From Promethearchaeota archaeon (GTDB lineage: Archaea; Asgardarchaeota; Hermodarchaeia; Hermodarchaeales; Hermodarchaeaceae): 32,000 nt of DNA. The DNA is taken from NCBI GenBank assembly GCA_048938295.1, contig JBHLMI010000019.1, forward strand, positions 1 through 32,000, read 5' to 3'. Of this stretch, positions 1-9,918 are shown in pieces. Each line of letters starts with the position of its first letter. Within the stretch, counting starts at the first letter, position 1. Position numbers and translations under genes: made by a program. Under the pieces are notes generated by a model. That model ran no database searches, was not told the origin of the DNA, and worked only from the letters and a program-made list of their open reading frames with translations.

Positions 1-174
1 TGGACCCTCGAAACCTCCATCGAACGCGTCAAAGAAGCTGAAGCCACAGGCGCAACCCACCTCGTCAGCGCTTGCCCATTTTGTGAAACAAGTCTTCAGT
101 TAGCGATTGAGAAGAGCGGGTCGAAGCTGAAGATGGTGGATTTGATTCAGTTTGTGGAAGAGTCGCTAAAGTAA
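1..174 (+). CDS. C-terminal fragment of a CCG-domain (Fe-S)-binding protein (HdrD/GlpC-like), 5' truncated
   Basis: Not in the ORF track. Frame 1 reads WTLETSIERVKEAEATGATHLVSACPFCETSLQLAIEKSGSKLKMVDLIQFVEESLK* with TAA at 172-174. 'ERVKEA..TGA..LVSACPFC' is the typical end of a CCG domain. Confidence 0.7.
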   Translation, partial: WTLETSIERVKEAEATGATHLVSACPFCETSLQLAIEKSGSKLKMVDLIQFVEESLK

Positions 175-486
175 ACTTTTGGTTTCTTAAATTACAAAGA
201 TCGCTAGTGCATTTTGGGTTTAATTTGGGATTAAGCTTTAATTACCACTCTACCGCATAACCCGATCCAAATTCACTTAGGGCTAGTCATCTTTTCGTTA
301 GCCTTGCTTCTCCAAGTACTTTCATCTCACCCAATGCTACACCAGCTATTTGGTTTGCGTGGTGCTGGTCTGGGGCTTTTCTTTATGCTCCCCGATATTT
401 TCACCTTCATCGCATCCGTAATGCTTCTTAACCTCGCCTACAAGTAATATGCCGATAACTTTGTATAGCGGTAGGGGAACAGGATT

Positions 487-1665
487 GTGGAACGGATTCC
501 TGTGCCACGAACCTACAAGATTCAAGTGTTACCCGGCGACGGGATTGGCCCCGAAGTTATTCAGGAAGCCGTCAAGACTCTAGAAACCGTGTCAGCAGGC
601 ATCGCAGGATTAGAGCTTGCCTTTCATGAGTTTCCCTGTGGTGGCAAATACTATTTGGAGACAGGTTGCGAATGGCCAGGAGAAGCCGAGGTGTTCTCAA
701 AGCAAGAAGCCGATGCTATTCTCCTGGGTGCGGTAGGATGGGAGAAGACACCTGGAGAACCCGTTCGTCGTGATGATGGGCAACTAGCAGGAGCAGCGGT
801 CGTGTTGGGTCAACGACGAGAACTCGAGTTATATGCAAACGTGCGACCGGTGAAACTGTATTCTGGCGTTCCGACAACATTAGCTAACAAGCACCCAAAG
901 GATATCGACTTTGTCATCATCCGAGAAAACACCGAAGGGCTCTATGCTGGAATTGGAAAACGTTATGGAGAAGGCGAAAGAGAAGAGCTTGCCATCGACG
1001 TTCGCCCAATCTCCAGACTGGGAGCTGAACGAGTCATTCGTTATGCCATGAAACTAGCTTTGAAACGTGGACATGGAGCACCAAGTGATCAAAAAACACG
1101 GGTCACCTGCGTGGATAAGAGCAATGTACTGATCGGTGACCAACTCTTCCGCCGGGTCTTTATAGAACTGGTACAACAATTCTCGAAAATTACTCCCGAT
1201 TATGCGTATATTGATGCGTGGACGATGTGGTGTTTACGCCGCCCTGAATACTACAATGTGGTCGTAACCCCTAATATGTTCGGGGATATCATTTCGGATT
1301 TGGGAGCTGGGATACAAGGGGGTATGGGTGTCGCGGCAGGAGGTAACATCGGAGACTTGCATGCGATGTTTGAACCCATACATGGATCTGCACCAAAGCA
1401 TGCTGGCAAGCGACGGGCTAATCCGATTGCAGCCATTTTGGCAGGGAAGATGATGCTCGAATGGCTCGGAGAACGCCACCAGGATCAAAAGGCAATGACA
1501 GCAGCGTCAATAATTGAAACAGCAGTAATGGAACTGCTAAGAGAAGAACACATACGTACATACGATCTTTGTATCGGTAAATATGCTCGGATTAAACCGT
1601 CAACCACAAAACAGGTAGGCAAAGCCATTCGCCAAATCATCGAACGACAATTAGAGGAGCTATAA
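487..1665 (+). CDS. leuB: Isocitrate/isopropylmalate dehydrogenase family protein (3-isopropylmalate or homoisocitrate dehydrogenase)
   Basis: Motifs LPGDGIGPEV, YANVRP, RENTEGLY, VDKSNVL, NMFGDIISDL and EPIHGSAPKHAG..ANP; GTG start; adjacent to leuC/leuD-like genes. Substrate specificity (Leu vs Lys/AAA) cannot be fixed from sequence. Confidence 0.85.
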   Translation: MERIPVPRTYKIQVLPGDGIGPEVIQEAVKTLETVSAGIAGLELAFHEFPCGGKYYLETGCEWPGEAEVFSKQEADAILLGAVGWEKTPGEPVRRDDGQLAGAAVVLGQRRELELYANVRPVKLYSGVPTTLANKHPKDIDFVIIRENTEGLYAGIGKRYGEGEREELAIDVRPISRLGAERVIRYAMKLALKRGHGAPSDQKTRVTCVDKSNVLIGDQLFRRVFIELVQQFSKITPDYAYIDAWTMWCLRRPEYYNVVVTPNMFGDIISDLGAGIQGGMGVAAGGNIGDLHAMFEPIHGSAPKHAGKRRANPIAAILAGKMMLEWLGERHQDQKAMTAASIIETAVMELLREEHIRTYDLCIGKYARIKPSTTKQVGKAIRQIIERQLEEL

Positions 1666-1670
1666 ACCAG

Positions 1671-2933
1671 ATGAGCGGTCTTACGATGGCAGAGAAGATT
1701 CTCCTCAGCCATACTGATGAAAAGAGGATAGAACCTGGAGAAATCATTGAAGCAACGATTGACGTAGCCATGTCTCATGAAATGATGGGGACCCGTGTGC
1801 TTCCACAGCTTGTAGAAGGGGGAGTCAAAGATATTTGGGATCCTAGCCGGGTGGTGATGATTTTGGATCACTGGGCCCCTGCTCCCACAGTTCAAGCCGC
1901 GACCATTCACCAACAAGTTCGGGAATTTGTTTCAGAATATGGCATCAAGCACTTTTACGATGTGGGTCGAGGCATCTGTCATCAGGTTCTCGTCGAAGAA
2001 GGACATATCCGACCTGGCGAGTTGGTGGTGGGCACAGATTCACATACGACCACCGCAGGTGCCTTCGGAGCTCTAGCAACAGGTATTGGTGCCACTGATA
2101 TGGCAATTGTATTAGCGACTGGGCGATTATGGTTCCGAGTACCCGAAACCATTAAAATCACCTATTCAGGCAACCTACCTCCGATGGTGATGGGAAAAGA
2201 TATCATTCTGTACACACTTGGAGAACTCGGCGTAGAAGGGGCCACCTTTCAAGCTCTCGAATATCATGGTGAAGCCCTAGCCAAGTTGAGCCTCGATGCG
2301 TGGATGACCCTCACTAACATGGCAGTTGAAATCGGAGCAATGGCTGCGCTTATCCCATCCGATAAACGTGTCATTGAATATGTTAAGACCCGCACGGATC
2401 GCAAATTCAAACCAATAAGACCAGATGATAATGCAGACTACGATCAAAGCATAGGTTTCGATGTGTCAACACTCACACCCCAGGTCGCAACTCCATCACT
2501 ACCCACGCAAGCGGTTCCAGTAGCAGAGGTGGCCGGAACACCCATCGATCAGGCCTATTTGGGATCGTGCACGAATGGTCGACTTGAAGACCTCCAAATA
2601 GCCGCCAAGGTAATAAATAGTAATCAAATCGCTGAGGGTGTACGGTTCATTGTGACCCCAGCTAGTCGTCAAATCTATCATGCAGCTCTCAACGATGGGA
2701 CGATTGGCACCCTCGTGAAAGCTGGTGCCACGATTGGACCAGCAACATGTGGTGCCTGTTTTGGGGGACATTGTGGCCTGCTGGCTCCAGGGGAGGTGTG
2801 TATTAGCTCCACAAACCGCAATTTCCCTGGTCGGATGGGAAGTGCTGAGGCCCAAATCTATCTGGCCTCGCCTGCCACAGTTGCAGCAAGTGCGATTACA
2901 GGAAAAATCACAGATCCCCGCGGAGGCAAATAG
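1671..2933 (+). CDS. leuC: 3-isopropylmalate/homoaconitate dehydratase large subunit (archaeal LeuC/HacA type)
   Basis: Motifs LTMAEKIL, DHWAP, GICHQV, GTDSHTTTAGAFG, the [4Fe-4S] ligands GSCTNGR and CGACFG, and STNRNFPGRMG..YLASPATVAASA; 420 aa. Confidence 0.9.
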   Translation: MSGLTMAEKILLSHTDEKRIEPGEIIEATIDVAMSHEMMGTRVLPQLVEGGVKDIWDPSRVVMILDHWAPAPTVQAATIHQQVREFVSEYGIKHFYDVGRGICHQVLVEEGHIRPGELVVGTDSHTTTAGAFGALATGIGATDMAIVLATGRLWFRVPETIKITYSGNLPPMVMGKDIILYTLGELGVEGATFQALEYHGEALAKLSLDAWMTLTNMAVEIGAMAALIPSDKRVIEYVKTRTDRKFKPIRPDDNADYDQSIGFDVSTLTPQVATPSLPTQAVPVAEVAGTPIDQAYLGSCTNGRLEDLQIAAKVINSNQIAEGVRFIVTPASRQIYHAALNDGTIGTLVKAGATIGPATCGACFGGHCGLLAPGEVCISSTNRNFPGRMGSAEAQIYLASPATVAASAITGKITDPRGGK

Positions 2934-2938
2934 AACCA

Positions 2939-3460
2939 ATGCCCAAGCAGACATCGATTATTACCGGAAAGGTCTGGCGGTTTGGTAGTGATATCAGCAC
3001 AGATGACATCATCTCAGGCGTGCATCTCTCCACTACCGATATAATGGAACTCACAACCTATACCTTCCAGCATCTTCGGCCTGAGTTTGCTGAAAAGGTC
3101 CAAGTAGGTGACATTATTGCTGCCGGAGAACACTTTGGCATTGGGTCTAGCCGTGAAGAAGCTCCTGCCCTCCTGAAACAATTGGGTATCGGGGCAGTGG
3201 TTGCGGCTTCATTCGCGCGAATTTTCTTTCGGAATGCCTTCAATATAGGCCTACCCGCCATCGAATGCCCTGAACTCAAATCAGATCCAGAAATTATCCG
3301 TGAGGGCGATGTTTTAGAAATTAATTTACAAGAATCAACTCTGATCAATCAACGCACTAAGAAGAGCTATCAAATTACGAAGGTTCCTCCTTTCCTCCTC
3401 GCATACCTGGAGGCTGGTGGAGCGATTCCTTTGCTCAAAAAACGGTTGAATGCGCGTTAA
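2939..3460 (+). CDS. leuD: 3-isopropylmalate/homoaconitate dehydratase small subunit (LeuD/HacB type)
   Basis: Motifs GKVWRFGSDISTDDII, AGEHFGIGSSREEA and SFARIFFRNAFNIGLP; starts 5 nt after the large subunit. Confidence 0.9.
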   Translation: MPKQTSIITGKVWRFGSDISTDDIISGVHLSTTDIMELTTYTFQHLRPEFAEKVQVGDIIAAGEHFGIGSSREEAPALLKQLGIGAVVAASFARIFFRNAFNIGLPAIECPELKSDPEIIREGDVLEINLQESTLINQRTKKSYQITKVPPFLLAYLEAGGAIPLLKKRLNAR

Positions 3461-3503
3461 AGCCCCGAAATCAAACACTCTTAAATTTCTTCGACGCTAA
3501 CTT

Positions 3504-4223
3504 GTGAGCATGTTGTTCTTGATTCCATATGCCCTGTTCTTCTGGGTGTTTGCATTTATTTCGACCTTGATTAAAGCAGCCCGTGAAGACGAAATCAACT
3601 TCCAGAAGGAAAGTCTCACAAAACTTCCCAAAGTCCTATTTATCATCATCAAGTTACTTCCTGTACTCTTCACCGTGGTTATTGTCCTGCTCTTCCGACC
3701 CACCGCGAGCCTATTCTATCTCCTCCTAGCTGTGGCCCTGATCTTTTGCCTGTTGGGAAACATCGGCATGGAAACCAAGTTTCTTGTAGGAGTCGGACTC
3801 TTCCTGATTGCGCAAATCCTTTTCATTAGTAATTTTGTCTGGCAGAGTCTGCTTCTCGGCGTGTCTTTTCTTCCATTAGCCGCGTTCATTACTGCGTTCA
3901 TTACCTGGATTCTGGTCATAATTTTCCTAACTCATTACATTGAATCTGGAGAAGCTAGGTTAGGACAAATGAAAACCCCCCTCATCGTCTATGCACTCAC
4001 AGTATCCCTTACCTTCTGCAGTGCTTTGATGTTATGGTTGACTAGCGGAGTATTGCTTGGATTCATTCCAGTGCTAGGTGCCTTCCTCTTCGTCATCTCA
4101 GACTTTACTATTGGAATCAAGGAGTTCCATCATCACTTCAACAAAGCAGAAGTGTTCATCTTCACAACCTATTATCTAGCCATCTTCTTGCTCTCACTCA
4201 ATATGGCCGTGTACATCTTCTAA
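3504..4223 (+). CDS. YhhN/TMEM86 (lysoplasmalogenase-like) family membrane protein
   Basis: About 8 hydrophobic segments; motifs 'LIFCLLGNIG', 'GVGLFLIAQ', 'PLIVYAL', 'LGAFLFVISD' and 'TYYLAI' match the YhhN layout. Confidence 0.7.
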   Translation: MSMLFLIPYALFFWVFAFISTLIKAAREDEINFQKESLTKLPKVLFIIIKLLPVLFTVVIVLLFRPTASLFYLLLAVALIFCLLGNIGMETKFLVGVGLFLIAQILFISNFVWQSLLLGVSFLPLAAFITAFITWILVIIFLTHYIESGEARLGQMKTPLIVYALTVSLTFCSALMLWLTSGVLLGFIPVLGAFLFVISDFTIGIKEFHHHFNKAEVFIFTTYYLAIFLLSLNMAVYIF

Positions 4224-4256
4224 AAAAGAAAGAAGGAATCCTAAAAAGCGATATTT

Positions 4257-4826
4257 TTAGGATTCGGCTTTAGTACCTTTCGTCATCCACCAGGCGAGGA
4301 AAATTAGTCCACCAATGGCTAAAGGCACTAAAGCAATCAGAAATGCCACTAGCCACGTAAATACGAAATCAGCAACCAGCCAGGCATTAAGGGCAAGGCT
4401 CCAGCGTCCGGTGAACCACACAATAGCTAACCAGATTAAGGTTATGAAAAATGAGAAGCCACCACCGCCACCAGCGTCTCTACTACGTTTGCGTGGTGAT
4501 TCCATATCTTTCCGTTCTTCTTCGGGTAGTTTCCTATACCATAGAGCCCAGATTGCGATAGCAATGGGAATTACCCAACTGGCTACAGAGACCAGCTCCC
4601 AGAAAAGCGCAATGAAAAAGAAGCCCCAGAGAATCCCGACGCTCCATGAGCCAAGTGTATTAGGAATGAGCCCTAATAGAAGTGCACTCGAAACAACCCA
4701 GAGCAAAACATAAATTGCTACGATGACAGCGATGGCGATTCCAACGCCCATCATTAGTACCATTTTCCAATGACTTCGAAGAAACCGCCTCACCGTGGCT
4801 TCTTCAATTTGTTCTTCAGTTTCCAT
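4257..4826 (-). CDS. Hypothetical integral membrane protein (~189 aa)
   Basis: About 4-5 Trp-rich TM segments with a charged/Gly linker. The start was moved from 4922 to ATG 4826 (METEEQ) because AGGAG lies just upstream and the longer ORF overlaps the uvrC stop. Confidence 0.65.
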   Translation of the reverse strand: METEEQIEEATVRRFLRSHWKMVLMMGVGIAIAVIVAIYVLLWVVSSALLLGLIPNTLGSWSVGILWGFFFIALFWELVSVASWVIPIAIAIWALWYRKLPEEERKDMESPRKRSRDAGGGGGFSFFITLIWLAIVWFTGRWSLALNAWLVADFVFTWLVAFLIALVPLAIGGLIFLAWWMTKGTKAES

Positions 4827-4918
4827 GTTAGAAAACTCCTTTAATTTGAGTGGGAAGAGTTTGATGAATCGATTACTTATAGTTACGCTTTGCACAAGGA
4901 AGGTATTTCTTATAGGGA

Positions 4919-6757
4919 TCAAGAGAGATGCTCAACGATTAGTTTTGCCAATTGCTTAGTGATTCCAGGAACCGCTGCTATTTCATCAGCTGACGCTTTT
5001 GAGAGGTTCTCCCGGTTCCCAAAGTGTTGTAGGAGGAGAGTGGCACGCTTAACACCGACCCCAGGAATGTCTGTCAAAGTAAGTTTCATGCCTTTGATCT
5101 GTCGAATCTTGCGATGATAAGCAATGGCAAACCGGTGAGCTTCATCCCGGACACGTTGAACCAACCGTAGCCCCTGACTATCTCCAGGTAAATTGACCGG
5201 TGTTTTCTGATCAGGGACGTAAATAAGATCTGGATCGGGTTTTTCAGCTTTTGCGATGCCAATAACCGGAATATCGAAAATGCCGACAGATTCGAGGGCT
5301 TTGAGTGCCATACTAAGTTGTCCACGTCCCCCATCAATGACGACGAGATTAGGGAGAGGAAGTTTTTCGACCACGAGGCGGTGATAGCGACGTTGAACAA
5401 CTTCGTGTATCATCGCGAAATCATCCTGCCCTTCCACTTCGCGTATTTTAAACCGCCGATAACCCTTCTTGTAAGGTAGCCCATCTTTGAAGACCACACA
5501 AACACCAACAGATTCTGTGCCTTGGAGCGTGGAGATGTCAAACCCCTCAATATGAGCCGGCTCTTCAGTGAGATGGAGGGTTTCTATGAGATCATTGTAA
5601 GCTTGTTGTTTTCGTCCTTCATCCCGAGCCATGCGTTCAACGAGTTGGTGGAGATGGAATTGGGCATTTTCATTTGCCATTTGCGTCAGACTCAGGAGTG
5701 GCTCTTGGGTGGGGTACACAATTGTTACAGGGTGATCTTCACCTCTTCGATGAGTGAGCCATTCTTCCAGAAACTGCGTCTCAACTATGGGAACAGAGAT
5801 TATGACTTCCTCTGGGATTTCGGTAGCGCGTAGATAGTACTGTTTGAGGAAGGCTTCGATGACTGTTTCATCGGAGAGCTCGGAGGGTGCACTGAGGGGG
5901 AAGGGTTGTTGGCCGATAACACGGCCTTCACGAACCACGAGCAGTTGGACGAGGGCATCGGATCCTTGGCGAGCTAGGCCCAATACGTCACGGTGACCTG
6001 GTAGTTGGTTCCAGTAGGTGGCACGTTGTGCTTGTCTGCCACGTTGGACTGCACGAAGCCGATCCCGGTAACGGGCAGCCCTCTCAAATTCCTGGGAAGC
6101 GGAATTTTGTTTCATGAGGCGTTGGAGGTGAGCTTCAAGCTCGTCTTGTCGCCCTGTAAGCATCAGTGTGTATTCCTTGACAAATTCAGCATAATCTTCT
6201 TTACTTATCTTATTAATACAGGGGGCTGGGCAGTAGCCAATATCATATTTGAGACAGGCGCGTTTACGTTTTCCAGGGACGATAGCTGGCTTGCATGTAG
6301 CAATGGGAACAACCCGATTAATTGATTTCAGGAAACCATCCAACGCTTTGACATTGGAATAGGGACCGATGTATCGGCTGCCATCATTGACGAGGGTACG
6401 TGTTTTTTCTACCCTTGGAAAGTCTTCTTGAAGTGTAATTCGCACATAGGGGAAGCTTTTGTCGTCTTTCAAGCGGATGTTATATCGTGGCTTGTAGCGT
6501 TTGATCATGTTGTCTTCAAGGACCAACGCTTCTGATTCATTTGCTGTGACCACATATTCCAGTTCAGTTACTTCTTGTCCAATAGGTGAGAAGACGTTGC
6601 CGCTTCCGCTGCCACGGAAATGGGCAGGAACCCGTTTTTTGAGAGATTGAGCCTTCCCAACATAGATGACGGTATCATTGGCATCGTATAGAATGTAAAC
6701 ACCAGGTGCGTCGGGTAGGTCTTTGAGTTCCTCTTCAAGATTCATAATCGTATTCAC
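4919..6757 (-). CDS. uvrC: Excinuclease ABC subunit C
   Basis: GIY-YIG (PGVYIL..VIYVGKA..LKKRV), NIRLKDDKSFPY, UVR domain (FERAARYRD), RNaseH-like (IEGFDIS, IDGGRGQL, RDEAHRFAI) and C-terminal HhH (IPGVG, VPGI). Confidence 0.97.
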   Translation of the reverse strand: MNTIMNLEEELKDLPDAPGVYILYDANDTVIYVGKAQSLKKRVPAHFRGSGSGNVFSPIGQEVTELEYVVTANESEALVLEDNMIKRYKPRYNIRLKDDKSFPYVRITLQEDFPRVEKTRTLVNDGSRYIGPYSNVKALDGFLKSINRVVPIATCKPAIVPGKRKRACLKYDIGYCPAPCINKISKEDYAEFVKEYTLMLTGRQDELEAHLQRLMKQNSASQEFERAARYRDRLRAVQRGRQAQRATYWNQLPGHRDVLGLARQGSDALVQLLVVREGRVIGQQPFPLSAPSELSDETVIEAFLKQYYLRATEIPEEVIISVPIVETQFLEEWLTHRRGEDHPVTIVYPTQEPLLSLTQMANENAQFHLHQLVERMARDEGRKQQAYNDLIETLHLTEEPAHIEGFDISTLQGTESVGVCVVFKDGLPYKKGYRRFKIREVEGQDDFAMIHEVVQRRYHRLVVEKLPLPNLVVIDGGRGQLSMALKALESVGIFDIPVIGIAKAEKPDPDLIYVPDQKTPVNLPGDSQGLRLVQRVRDEAHRFAIAYHRKIRQIKGMKLTLTDIPGVGVKRATLLLQHFGNRENLSKASADEIAAVPGITKQLAKLIVEHLS

Positions 6758-6795
6758 CTACTAGAAGGCTAAACAGGTTGAAGAACCGTTCGCTC

Positions 6796-9774
6796 TTACC
6801 GGGAGAGGACTTTCACGCGGTCTGTGGAATCTTCAGAATCGCGTTCCATCTTCATTGCCAGTGCCTCGCGGAGCACCGCCCCGGTATAGGATTTTCGATT
6901 CTGTGTCACTTGTTCCGGAGTTCCCTGGGCTACAATATATCCACCTTTGTCACCGCCTTCGGGTCCCAAATCGATGATATAATCTGCCCCTTTAATCACA
7001 TCGGGTTGGTGCTCAATGACTATAACGGTGTTCCCGGCGTCGACAAGATGGTTCAGGACATCAAGGAGTTTCTGGACATCCGCAAGATGTAGACCGGTGG
7101 TCGGTTCATCGAGGATATAGAGCGTTTGTGTGGTGCTGCGTTTACCGAGTTCACGGCTGAGTTTGATACGTTGAGCTTCACCACCACTAAGTGTCGGTGA
7201 AGGTTGACCAAGTTCCATATACCCAAGACCAACCCGTTGAAGGGTTTCAAGTATACCAGCAATCTTGGGGATATTCTTGTAAAACTCTGCAGCTTCGTCC
7301 ACCGTCATTCGAAGTACTTCGTGGATTGTCTTGCCCTTGTAACGAACCTGAAGGGTTTCTTTGTTGAAGCGTTTACCATGGCACTCATCGCATTGCACAA
7401 AAACATCTGGGAGGAACTGCATTTCGATTCTTAAAACCCCTGCACCACCACAGGTTTCGCATCGACCGCCCTTTACGTTGAAGCTGAAGCGTCCGGGCTG
7501 ATATCCACGTTTTCGTGCCTCTTCGGTTTTCGAGAAGAGCTCACGGATCGGTCCAAATACCTGAGTATAGGTTGCAGGATTAGAACGTGGTGTTCGCCCG
7601 ATGGGTGACTGATCAACCAAGATAACTTTATCGATGAAGCGGACGCCCTTGAGGGCATCGAAAGGTCCAGGCTTGAGGAGCCGGCTAGCTAAAATGGCAT
7701 CGGATTGGCGTCGACGACGACTTCGAAACTGCCAGATAATACCAGGATACAAGGTATCGGTGATGAGTGTACTTTTCCCTGACCCAGATACACCAGTAAT
7801 ACAGATGAAGGTACCAAGTGGAAACGTTACATCGATGTTTTTCAGATTGCGATAGTGGGCCCGTTTGATTTGGATGCTGGCTCCGTTACCGATTCGTCGA
7901 GTAGGAGGCACGGAAATGACCTTATCCCCTCGGAGATACTGTCCAGTGATGGACTTATGATTAGCTTCAATCTCTGGGACTGTGCCTTCAGCGACCACTT
8001 GTCCTCCATGGATACCGGCACCAGGTCCAAGATCAATAATCCAGTCTGCAGCACGGATGAAACCCTCGTCATGTTCAACAACAAGTACGGTGTTACCTAG
8101 GTCGCGGAGTTGGAGAAGCATGGATAAGAGGCGTTTGTTGTCACGCATGTGAAGACCGATACTGGGTTCGTCAAGGATGTAGGTCACGCCAACTAGGCGA
8201 GACCCAATTTGCGTTGCAAGGCGGACACGTTGGGCTTCACCCCCCGCCAACGATGCTGACTGCCGATTCAGAGTTAGATAATTTAGCCCCACCGAGGAGA
8301 GAAACTCCAGTCGCTGTTTGATTTCACGAAGGGTTTGTCGAGCGATAGTAGCTTCTTTCTCTGTCAGCTCAAGCTGGTTAAAGAAAGCCAATGTTTCATC
8401 AATAGGAAGGTTCGTCACATAGTCGATGCTCTTGTCTTGGATAGTGACTGCAAGGGCTTCAGGACGTAGTCGACGACCATGACACACCGGACAAGGGAGC
8501 TGAGCCATGAACCGAGTAATTGATTCGCGAACGACCTCTGAACTCGTTTGCTTATAGCGGTGTTTGAGTCCTGGAATCACACCCATGGTGGGTTTCTCAC
8601 TGATCCATTCCCATTTTCGCCCTGACTCGGTGATACCACGATGTTCGAATCGGATTTCTTCCTCACCGGATCCATAGAGAAGTACGTTCTGAGTCTCGGG
8701 GGGAAGGTCTTTGAAAGGAGTATCAAGGCTGAATCCGTAATGCTTGGCGATGCTGGTTAGACTTCGTAATCGCCAACCATTCAATGGAGCATGGTAGGGA
8801 CCGATTGCTCCTTCCATAATAGACTTGGTCTCGTCAGGGATGACAAGATCAGGATCAACCTCCAGTGTGTATCCTAATCCCTTGCATTCAGGACATGCAC
8901 CATAGGGTGAGTTGAAGCTGAAGAGACGGGGTGCTAAATCTGGGAAACTAATTCCACACACCGGACAGCCCGCAGACTCGCTGAACAGATACTCCTGATC
9001 ACCTTTGATCTCAACAATGACTAATCCGTCTCCAAACTCTAAGGCGGTTTCCACGGACTGGTTCAGACGTTGTTCGATAGCGGGCTTGAGTACTAACCGG
9101 TCAACGATAATTGCGACATTATGAATAACATACCGGTCTAGTTCGATTTCCTCTTTATCCAATCGATAATCTTTTCCATCGACACGAACCCGGATAAACC
9201 CCTCACTCTGTAACTTCTTGAAGAGTGCTTTATACGTGCCTTTTCGACCTTTTACAACCGGGGAGAGGATCCGGACTTGAGTGCTTTCCTCGAATTCCAT
9301 GATTTGTCGTACAATCTGTTGAGCTGATTGTGGGGCAATTCTTCGTCCACACTGGTGGCAATGTGGAGTGCCAATGCGAGCCCAGAGCAATCGCATGTAA
9401 TCGTACACTTCAGTGGTAGTGCCCACAGTGGATCTGGGATTGCCTCCTGCAGATCGTTGATCGATGGAGATTGCTGGGCTTAACCCTTCAATCGAGTCGA
9501 CATCGGGTTTGTCCATGCGCCCTAAAAATTGTCGCGCATAAGCTGAGAGGGACTCAACATATCGGCGCTGTCCCTCAGCGAAGAGCGTATCGAACGCTAG
9601 TGAGGATTTGCCGGAACCGGAGAGCCCAGTGATGACTACGTATTTATCCCGGGGGATTTGTACGGTGATATCTTTTAGGTTGTGCACCCGGGCGCCTTTG
9701 ACGGTAATGTACTTGTCGTCGCTCAACCATCTGTCACCTATCTTGTCAGCGGCATCGATTACGCCAGTTGACAT
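6796..9774 (-). CDS. uvrA: Excinuclease ABC subunit A
   Basis: Two ABC ATPase domains ([20 protein letters not shown]; [16 protein letters not shown]; LDEP twice), Zn-finger CxxC pairs, [10 protein letters not shown]; 992 aa. Confidence 0.98.
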   Translation of the reverse strand: MSTGVIDAADKIGDRWLSDDKYITVKGARVHNLKDITVQIPRDKYVVITGLSGSGKSSLAFDTLFAEGQRRYVESLSAYARQFLGRMDKPDVDSIEGLSPAISIDQRSAGGNPRSTVGTTTEVYDYMRLLWARIGTPHCHQCGRRIAPQSAQQIVRQIMEFEESTQVRILSPVVKGRKGTYKALFKKLQSEGFIRVRVDGKDYRLDKEEIELDRYVIHNVAIIVDRLVLKPAIEQRLNQSVETALEFGDGLVIVEIKGDQEYLFSESAGCPVCGISFPDLAPRLFSFNSPYGACPECKGLGYTLEVDPDLVIPDETKSIMEGAIGPYHAPLNGWRLRSLTSIAKHYGFSLDTPFKDLPPETQNVLLYGSGEEEIRFEHRGITESGRKWEWISEKPTMGVIPGLKHRYKQTSSEVVRESITRFMAQLPCPVCHGRRLRPEALAVTIQDKSIDYVTNLPIDETLAFFNQLELTEKEATIARQTLREIKQRLEFLSSVGLNYLTLNRQSASLAGGEAQRVRLATQIGSRLVGVTYILDEPSIGLHMRDNKRLLSMLLQLRDLGNTVLVVEHDEGFIRAADWIIDLGPGAGIHGGQVVAEGTVPEIEANHKSITGQYLRGDKVISVPPTRRIGNGASIQIKRAHYRNLKNIDVTFPLGTFICITGVSGSGKSTLITDTLYPGIIWQFRSRRRRQSDAILASRLLKPGPFDALKGVRFIDKVILVDQSPIGRTPRSNPATYTQVFGPIRELFSKTEEARKRGYQPGRFSFNVKGGRCETCGGAGVLRIEMQFLPDVFVQCDECHGKRFNKETLQVRYKGKTIHEVLRMTVDEAAEFYKNIPKIAGILETLQRVGLGYMELGQPSPTLSGGEAQRIKLSRELGKRSTTQTLYILDEPTTGLHLADVQKLLDVLNHLVDAGNTVIVIEHQPDVIKGADYIIDLGPEGGDKGGYIVAQGTPEQVTQNRKSYTGAVLREALAMKMERDSEDSTDRVKVLSR

Positions 9775-9897
9775 AAGAGTTACGGTTCTACACCCATCCC
9801 AACTGTATGCTGCGTCCCGATGTGCCAGGTTTGCTGACCTGTTTTATCAGCTTTCTTGTACTCGGAAGTTCGTTTAAACATATAAGCGGAGGGGACA

Positions 9898-9918
9898 CCC
9901 CAATGAAAGTAATTGGGG
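9898..9918. repeat. Inverted repeat CCCCAAT-gaaagta-ATTGGGG directly after the uvrB stop
   Basis: 7-bp perfect stem with a 7-nt loop, abutting the uvrB TAG (9919-9921). Possible mRNA stability or termination hairpin. Confidence 0.4.
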
